Source: an uncultured Oligoflexia bacterium (GTDB lineage Bacteria; Bdellovibrionota; UBA1018; CAZJVD01). Taken from it: a stretch of 64,000 nt of DNA. Positions 57,603-64,000 of this stretch are shown here, one piece after another; the first letter of the stretch is position 1; every line of letters begins with the position of its first letter. The stretch is taken from NCBI GenBank assembly GCA_964549505.1, contig CAZJVD010000001.1:108719-172718 (forward strand), read 5' to 3'. The notes under the pieces are model-generated. The model was not told the origin of the DNA and ran no database searches. It saw only the letters and a program-made list of their open reading frames with translations. Made by a program: the position numbers and the translations under genes.

Positions 57603-58286
57603 GTGGATATTCTGCGCGCGTTTCAATCGTTTGTACCAGCGACATGGCTTTCGTTCGAAAGAGAGCTAGCAACAGCCTCGCAACACGTGGTTGCGGAACT
57701 CAGTCTGCAGCCATGGTTTAAAAAAACTCCCCGCACACGTGACTACCATCGATATGTCACGCACTGGATCAGCCGGCATATCCGGCATGACTCGGTCATT
57801 TTAGAAACGGGTTGCGGCATTGGACAGTCTTTCGTCGTCTTATCGCGCGCCGGATATTCGCGTTTCATCGGTGTCGAAAAGGATGCGCCGACGCTCGAAG
57901 GCTGTCACCGACTCTGTCGTCAGTTCGGAATCTCTCCACAGCTCCACGAAGGTGACGGCACGCGTGTTGAGGAAATAGTTTCTCCGAGCTCTGCCGATGT
58001 CTACCTGCCACTCAACTGGAGTTATTTTGCTCCCGAGATTACGCCGATCATCAATGCCGCTCCGAAGATCCTAAAGCCGGGCGGAACTCTGATCTTGGAC
58101 ATCGTTCGTGACGATTTCAAAACGGCGGACGTGAAGGAACGAGCGACCTATGATCGCTATCCCTACAAGCGCGATGTCGATCACGTCATCGCAGAGATCC
58201 GTTCCAACGGCATGAAGCTGATCGAAAGCGAAAAGCGGTTTGGTGCGCGCTCTGTCTTGATTGCGAGGCTGGATAAGACGGTATGA
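57603..58286 (+). CDS. Class I SAM-dependent methyltransferase
   Basis: Motif I ILETGCGIGQS and post-I acidic GVEKD. Rossmann-fold spacing. 227 aa. Confidence 0.6.
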   Translation: MDILRAFQSFVPATWLSFERELATASQHVVAELSLQPWFKKTPRTRDYHRYVTHWISRHIRHDSVILETGCGIGQSFVVLSRAGYSRFIGVEKDAPTLEGCHRLCRQFGISPQLHEGDGTRVEEIVSPSSADVYLPLNWSYFAPEITPIINAAPKILKPGGTLILDIVRDDFKTADVKERATYDRYPYKRDVDHVIAEIRSNGMKLIESEKRFGARSVLIARLDKTV

Positions 58287-59347
58287 TTCGCATCCTCAAC
58301 ATCGGACCCAACGAGTACCGACACTGGCTCACCTATGAAGGCGAGTATCTGACCGAAGCTTTTATGCGCGAACCCGATGTCGAGGTGCAAGCTTGGGGTC
58401 GATTTCGTGAGCGGTATGAACCCGGCTTGCGTCTTCCCGAAGTCGTCGAGCGTCTTTTTTCGGGCAAGTGGCCGGATGTGATTCTCTTCGATACGTCCCT
58501 GATTCGTAGCGACGTCGTCGAAGACCGGAGTTTCACAGCCGATCTCAAGGAAGCCGCCAGCAAAAGTTTCTTGGTTTACCGAACTTCGGATCCATGGCGC
58601 TTTCGTCCGTATTTTTCGGAATGGATCGAAAAATTCAACGCTCCCGTGTGGCTCGTCCACTCCGAACGCTACACGGATCTGATGAATGCCGAGCTTCGTG
58701 GAACAGGTTCGCAGGCCTATATGTTTCCGTACTTTCTCGGTCGACGTTATAGCGACTTAGGGCTCGAGCGCGTCTTCGATCTCGGAATGATCGGACGTTG
58801 CGAAATCACGATCGATGGCATACCGCAAACTCTGAAGCCAAAGTTTATTCAGAAACACGCCGGAAAACGAAAGCTCAAAGTTTTCAGCGAGCCACCACTC
58901 TCTGTCGTGCGCCGAAAGCTTTCGCGAGAAAAGTATCTCGATCGCTACAGTAAACTCATACTCAATCTCAACCAGTGTTTTTCCTCATGGAACTCGCCCG
59001 TGCGCCCAAAAGGCGAAACGTTTCCGCATACGCCCTGTCGCTATATCGAAGCACCCGCATGCGGTGCGATTACGGTGACTCCTCAGCAATACGACGAACT
59101 CAACCGTTACTATTTTCCGCGGGATGCTTACGTTTTCTGCGAAGGCAGTATGGAAAAAGCGGTTCAAGAAATCGCTCGTCTTCGCGAGGATGACGAAGCC
59201 GCCCATCGCCTGCGCACGAAAGCCTATAAGACCGCGATGAGTAATCATCAGGCCGAAAATCGTGCAAAGTTCATTTTAGGGCTTCTGAACGGCCGCGGGC
59301 GTGAAACGATGAACTGCCGAGACTTCTACGGCGTTCCTCTGGCTTGA
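58283..59347 (+). CDS. Glycosyltransferase-like protein (CgeB/DUF3880-type C-terminal GT domain), tentative
   Basis: 354 aa. Start overlaps the methyltransferase stop (ATGA). Loose C-terminal similarity to GT-1-like domains. Low confidence. Confidence 0.35.
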   Translation: MIRILNIGPNEYRHWLTYEGEYLTEAFMREPDVEVQAWGRFRERYEPGLRLPEVVERLFSGKWPDVILFDTSLIRSDVVEDRSFTADLKEAASKSFLVYRTSDPWRFRPYFSEWIEKFNAPVWLVHSERYTDLMNAELRGTGSQAYMFPYFLGRRYSDLGLERVFDLGMIGRCEITIDGIPQTLKPKFIQKHAGKRKLKVFSEPPLSVVRRKLSREKYLDRYSKLILNLNQCFSSWNSPVRPKGETFPHTPCRYIEAPACGAITVTPQQYDELNRYYFPRDAYVFCEGSMEKAVQEIARLREDDEAAHRLRTKAYKTAMSNHQAENRAKFILGLLNGRGRETMNCRDFYGVPLA

Positions 59348-60327
59348 ATGAAACGCACGATTTCTCGAACTCCGTCTTCAATCGTTTTCTTGGGCTGAAA
59401 CCCAAGCGATCGGAGCTTCGAACTGTCGCATTCAAATTTTGCAACCGGCGACACCGTCGAGTCCTCGTAGATCTTACCCTGTACTGTGATCGGAACACGC
59501 ATCTCGAAGTCGCGCTCCAGGGTTTTCTGTACGATCAGAGCGAGCTCCAAAATCGTATACGTCCTACCGGAAGCCACGTTGTAGACATCACCACCATCAG
59601 AACCTCTTGGATCGCGCAACAAGAGCCCCACGCTCGCAGCGATATCGTCGACATGGATAAAGTCCCGCTGTGCTGTACCGTCGGAGAGAATCTCGATACG
59701 TTTCTTTGAAAGCGCAGTCTTACAAAAATCATTGAGCACGAGCCACCAACAGTCGGCATCGCGAAAAGCCGGAGCACCAAACCCGTTCGAAAGACGAATC
59801 GAGTGCCCGACCATCCCCGTACTGCGTGAAAAACTACGCACGAGCTCTTCAGAGAAGAGATGCGTGAGTGCGTACGCGTTCAAAGGGGCAGTCTTCGTAC
59901 TCTCGTCGATCTTCACCGCTCCTGTGCGACCGTACACATGAAACGTCGAAAAATAGACAAACCGGAGCTTTGGATTCTGGGACGTCAATCGTCGGAGAAG
60001 TTCCCATGTCACTCCGACATTGGTGGAAAGCGTGTTTCCGGGATCTTCCTCGCTCTTTTGGTGATTGAGCGAAACCGTGTGAACGACAGCGTCGAGTCCA
60101 TGCGGACCTCCTGGTCCTTTCGATAAACTGTCGAGCACCGATCGTTCGCGAAGATCACCCACGACAACGGACTGCATGCGACTCGTGAACTCTTTGAAAA
60201 CTCTCTCGTCACCCGCGGGCGGTGTCAGCGTCCTCATGCTACCGATCACCTCATGGCCGCCACGCATGAGGAAGTCCGCAATATGCGCGCCTAAGTATCC
60301 CCGCGCTCCTGTGACCAGAACGCGCAT
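59326..60327 (-). CDS. NAD-dependent epimerase/dehydratase (extended SDR)
   Basis: MRVLVTGARGYLGAHIADFL Rossmann GxxGxxG. Catalytic YxxxK region (...AYALTHLFSEELV...). Internal ATG at 60327 with RBS. Positioned next to rfbF like a CDP-sugar 4-reductase/epimerase. Confidence 0.75.
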   Translation of the reverse strand: MRVLVTGARGYLGAHIADFLMRGGHEVIGSMRTLTPPAGDERVFKEFTSRMQSVVVGDLRERSVLDSLSKGPGGPHGLDAVVHTVSLNHQKSEEDPGNTLSTNVGVTWELLRRLTSQNPKLRFVYFSTFHVYGRTGAVKIDESTKTAPLNAYALTHLFSEELVRSFSRSTGMVGHSIRLSNGFGAPAFRDADCWWLVLNDFCKTALSKKRIEILSDGTAQRDFIHVDDIAASVGLLLRDPRGSDGGDVYNVASGRTYTILELALIVQKTLERDFEMRVPITVQGKIYEDSTVSPVAKFECDSSKLRSLGFQPKKTIEDGVREIVRFIQARGTP

Positions 60328-60331
60328 GGGT

Positions 60332-61099
60332 CTAATCCCTTTCGGCCTTTCGAGGCGTGATCGTCCAAGGTCGCGCACCACCATGACAGAGTTTTTCGAG
60401 ATAATCGCGATCACGCGCGCTGTCCATACACTGCCAAAAACCATCGTGCCGAAAGGCAGAGAGTTGCTTTTGGTCAACAAGCTTGGGGAGTGTGCCAAAC
60501 TCGAGATCGCAGTCTTCTGCATCCGTCAGGAAATCGAGAAACGCACGGTTCAAAACGAAAAAACCACCGTTGATACGTCCGCTACCAAGCTGTGGCTTTT
60601 CTGAAAACGAAGTAACGAGACTTTCACGGATCAGCACTTCTCCAAAGCGAGAGGGCGGTCGGACGGCCGTCAGCGTTGCCAATGTCCCTTGCTGATGGTG
60701 AAACCGATCCAGTGCCGCTAGATCCACCGACGCAACACCATCGCCGTAGGTGAGATGAAAGCGATCGCTATCTAAGAAGCGTGCCACACGTTTGATCCGA
60801 CCACCCTTGAGCGTGTCAAGACCAGTGTCCACGCACTGAACTTCCCAGTTTTTCTTGCCGTGTCTCTTTTCATCAAAATACGCCTTGATCACGTCGGCCT
60901 TGTAACCGAGCGCGAGTACAAATCGCGTAAAGCCAAAATCGGCGTAATGATTCATGATGTGCACTAAGATCGGCGCCCCGGCCACCTCAATCATTGGCTT
61001 CGGACGAATCTCCGTTTCTTCCTGAAAACGTATCCCACGTCCTCCGCAGAGAATCACAGCTGGGATCAAACTAAGGTCGGCAGTTTCTGTCGTCACCAC
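60332..61099 (-). CDS. rfbF: Glucose-1-phosphate cytidylyltransferase
   Basis: AVILCGGRGIRFQEETEIRPKPMIEVAGAPILVHIMNHYA matches the RfbF N-terminus (ILAGGLGTRLSEET..KPKPMVEIGGKPILWHIM). 255 aa. Confidence 0.8.
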   Translation of the reverse strand: MVTTETADLSLIPAVILCGGRGIRFQEETEIRPKPMIEVAGAPILVHIMNHYADFGFTRFVLALGYKADVIKAYFDEKRHGKKNWEVQCVDTGLDTLKGGRIKRVARFLDSDRFHLTYGDGVASVDLAALDRFHHQQGTLATLTAVRPPSRFGEVLIRESLVTSFSEKPQLGSGRINGGFFVLNRAFLDFLTDAEDCDLEFGTLPKLVDQKQLSAFRHDGFWQCMDSARDRDYLEKLCHGGARPWTITPRKAERD

Positions 61100-61111
61100 T
61101 GTTTCTATCCG

Positions 61112-63001
61112 TCACATCCGCAACATGGCTGAGAGCTTATCCATATCGCTGCCTGGGTTGGACTCTTGCAAAAAATAGAGTTCGCGATACACGCCCGCTT
61201 TTGCCATGAGATCTTTGTGACTGCCTTCTTCGAGAATCTTCCCACCGTGCATCAGAATGATATGGTCAAAGAGATGTGCCGAAGACAGTCGGTGCGTCGC
61301 TAGAACCACAATGCGATCGCGTTTCATCAGTTCTAAGCTCTTCAGAATTCGAGATTCTGTCAGCAGATCGATTGCGCTCGTGGCTTCATCCAACAAGAGA
61401 ATGTCTTTGTTTTGCAGTAAAACCCGCGCCAGTGCCACGCGCTGCCGCTGACCACCTGAAATCAGTGACCCTCGTTGGCCCAGTTTCTCGTCAAGACCTC
61501 GCGGAAGATCGCGCACCAGCTCTTCGGCGCACGCGAGCTTCACCGCTTCCATCAGTTCGCGCTCTCCAGCGTTCTCGACAAAGAATTTCAAGTTCTCACG
61601 AAGTGTGTTGTTGAAAATGATCGGCTCTTGCGAAGCATAACCAACACGACGACCGTAATACTCGTCCGGCTGCTCAGACTCGAGGGATTCCGACACGAGC
61701 TGCATCTGACCAGCTGTAGGGCGACGAAATCCAGCCAAGATATCCATGAGCGTGGACTTGCCCGAACCGGTCACACCCATGACCGCGGTGATCTGTCCCT
61801 TTCTGAAAGTCGCACTCACGGAGTGCAACACGGGGTTACGTTTCAGGTAAGCGTACGAAACATTCTGTACCTGGATCATGTTAGGACAAGGAAGACGCTC
61901 CGTCGGCGCTGAAGACTCTACTTCGAGCAGCGTTTCTGCCGTATTCAAATCGCGACCCGATAAGAACGAACGAAGATCTTCAATCGGACCATGCATCTCG
62001 GCCCACTGCATACGCATCGTACCAAGTGTCACCAAAACGGGCGCGATACGAACGAGAAGAAGTGAAAACGCGACAATCTTCTCGGTGTTGAGCTGGTAGG
62101 AGATGCCAAGCGACACAACGGCGACCACGGATGCAAACGCGATGATCTCAGCAACCCCTGTCGACACCTGTTGCAAGACCTTCGAGGTGAGGTGCCGTTG
62201 ATTGTAGTTGTCATGGAGTAAGTCTTGGCGGTCTCTTTCTCGACTTTCGAGTTTTGCTAATTTGATCAAGCGCATGCCGTAGAGAAACTGTTCGAGGTGT
62301 GCCAACGCTTGGTTATTGATCGCATTCGCAATTGCGCTATTGGCGCGAACGCGATTTGAAAAATAGCGTTGCGATGGAAAAAGAACGAGCCAAATACCCC
62401 CGATCACCAGAAAGCCCATCGGGTACACTTTGATGATCAAAAAGAGCATACACGCCAACGTCATAAACGAAAGCAGCACGCGATAGAACACACCGAGCGC
62501 GGTACCGACGTGCCGAGAATGCTGCCAAAGTCCGTGAAAGCGCCCCTCTTGATACTGAACGAGCTCATCCAGGTTCATCGAGAAAACTTGCTCCGTCACT
62601 CGGTTCCGAATGCGAGCGACCAAACCGACTTCCATGCGCGTGGCCCAGAGCTGCGAATAAATTCCGACCGTGGTGTGACAGACCCACACGAGAAGCGTCG
62701 TCATCAGAAGCTGCGCCCCATCCGACGCGCCAAACTGCAATAGTGGAAGCGTGAATCCAAATCCAAATAACGAAAGATTGCCAACGGCCTGAGACTTATC
62801 GCTATGAATGAGTTGTTGGATCAGGGCGAGCAGATACGCCATGCGCGCCCCTTCGAGCGCCGTCTGCGTGAGTGTCATCAGCGCAAACGATCCGATCTGT
62901 CGGATCCCGGTAAACCGATAAATAATGGGTGCGACGAATCCAAAACTACTGATGGATTGATCGAATTTCTTGTTAACGAACTTTCTTAAACTCTCTAGCA
63001 T
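61112..63001 (-). CDS. ABC transporter, fused permease/ATP-binding exporter (MsbA-like)
   Basis: Six-TM N-terminal domain. C-terminal Walker A GVTGSGKSTLMDIL, signature LSGGQRQRVALARVLL, Walker B ILLLDEATSAID. Confidence 0.8.
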   Translation of the reverse strand: MLESLRKFVNKKFDQSISSFGFVAPIIYRFTGIRQIGSFALMTLTQTALEGARMAYLLALIQQLIHSDKSQAVGNLSLFGFGFTLPLLQFGASDGAQLLMTTLLVWVCHTTVGIYSQLWATRMEVGLVARIRNRVTEQVFSMNLDELVQYQEGRFHGLWQHSRHVGTALGVFYRVLLSFMTLACMLFLIIKVYPMGFLVIGGIWLVLFPSQRYFSNRVRANSAIANAINNQALAHLEQFLYGMRLIKLAKLESRERDRQDLLHDNYNQRHLTSKVLQQVSTGVAEIIAFASVVAVVSLGISYQLNTEKIVAFSLLLVRIAPVLVTLGTMRMQWAEMHGPIEDLRSFLSGRDLNTAETLLEVESSAPTERLPCPNMIQVQNVSYAYLKRNPVLHSVSATFRKGQITAVMGVTGSGKSTLMDILAGFRRPTAGQMQLVSESLESEQPDEYYGRRVGYASQEPIIFNNTLRENLKFFVENAGERELMEAVKLACAEELVRDLPRGLDEKLGQRGSLISGGQRQRVALARVLLQNKDILLLDEATSAIDLLTESRILKSLELMKRDRIVVLATHRLSSAHLFDHIILMHGGKILEEGSHKDLMAKAGVYRELYFLQESNPGSDMDKLSAMLRM

Positions 63002-63110
63002 GAATTCGCTGCCCTACAGTACAGTACCCCCGACCGCAAACAATAGGCTCGTCGCGTCAATAAAGAGGCTTTCCCTTAGCCAAACTCTGAGTTAACAGCC
63101 GAGAGGTGAC

Positions 63111-64000
63111 CATGAGGTTTGTCAGCACGTATCATAAGAAGCGAGTTTTGGTAACGGGACACACAGGTTTCAAGGGCTCGTGGCTGTCCAACTGGCTGGT
63201 GTCCTTTGGTGCCGAAGTCCATGGAATTGCCGACGGTATACCGACCACGCCTTCGCTCTTCGAAGCCACAAAACTCGCCGATCGCATCCAACACCACGTC
63301 CTCGATGTTCGGGATCGCAAGGCACTGGTGGATCGGGTCAGCAAGATTCGACCGGATTTTGTTTTTCACTTGGCCGCCCAATCGCTCGTGAGACGTTCCT
63401 ATGCAGATGCGGCCACGACGTTTGAAACGAACGCCATGGGCACGCTCAACATGCTTGAGGCGCTTCGCGAACTGAAGAGTCCGTGCACAGCTGTTCTCAT
63501 CACGAGTGACAAGGTTTACGACAATCAAGAGTGGGTGTGGGGTTATCGCGAAGACGACGCGCTCGGCGGCCGCGATCCTTACAGCGCTTCGAAAGGCGCC
63601 GCGGAACTCATCATCAAAGGTTACTTACACTCCTTTTTCGGTTCGGGAAGCCCGGTTCGCTTAGCGGTCGGTCGCGCCGGCAATGTGATCGGTGGCGGCG
63701 ACTGGGCCGCGGACCGAATTGTCCCCGACGCGATTCGCGCCTGGGTTGAAAAACGCGCGGTCGAAGTCCGGCAACCTGAATCCACGCGTCCTTGGCAGCA
63801 CGTGCTCGAACCGCTCAGTGGATACTTAGCACTTGGCGAGAAGCTCGCGGGCGATCCGCGCTTGCATGGTCAGGCTTTCAACTTCGGACCGTCACCGGAG
63901 TCGGATTGGTCGGTCGGGATGATTCTCGATGAAATGAAAAAACACTGGCCGTCGGCTGCGTGGCGACACACACCCCCTGAGACAAAAGTTCATGAAGCCA
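63111..64000 (+). CDS. rfbG: CDP-glucose 4,6-dehydratase (partial, continues beyond the window)
   Basis: MRFVSTYHKKRVLVTGHTGFKGSWLSNWL... matches the RfbG N-terminus (GKRVFVTGHTGFKGSWLSLWL). YxxxK in DPYSASKGAAE. No stop before 64000, so it is absent from the ORF track. Confidence 0.8.

Overview
This 64 kb window reads as a chromosomal segment from a flagellated Gram-negative bacterium of roughly 50-55% GC. Myxococcota or Bdellovibrionota is my guess from gene content, not something I can compute. The core genes I can support are as follows. The 3' end of dnaK and dnaJ. A TPR plus periplasmic-binding-fold lipoprotein that looks like LpoA. The nadK-recN pair and rarA. A flagellar block: a GT9-like glycosyltransferase, a TPR protein, an unknown ORF, fliS, fliD, then further on flaG and two tandem flagellin genes with hairpin terminators. 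lpxH. A dense cluster of twelve two-component signalling genes at 13.6-22.4 kb: a sensorless HK, an OmpR-type RR, two hybrid HKs, an Hpt, a PAS HK, a solo PAS domain and five single-domain receivers. meaB, an M14 peptidase, dedA, xerC/D, trmFO and an APC permease. The ychF-pth-prs operon and an Slt lytic transglycosylase. The most striking feature is a compact bacterial-microcompartment operon at 39.5-43.5 kb on the minus strand. It encodes BMC-T, BMC-H, BMC-P, a CoA-acylating aldehyde dehydrogenase with an N-terminal encapsulation-peptide-like helix, a second BMC-T, and two more BMC-P, with no other enzyme. The gene order and shell-protein N-termini resemble the Haliangium ochraceum (HO-type) metabolosome, whose substrate is unknown. 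Downstream of a tRNA-Asn (46359-46433) sits a variable-looking segment. It carries a group-II PLP decarboxylase whose stop overlaps the start of a zeta-toxin-fold P-loop kinase, several secreted hypothetical proteins and an S8 subtilase. A CDP-sugar polysaccharide cluster follows: glycosyltransferases, a methyltransferase, an SDR epimerase/dehydratase, rfbF, an ABC exporter and a partial rfbG. Structured non-coding elements include a long imperfect inverted repeat of about 200 bp at 22841-23041. All calls rest on reading the six-frame translations and motifs by eye; I ran no database search.
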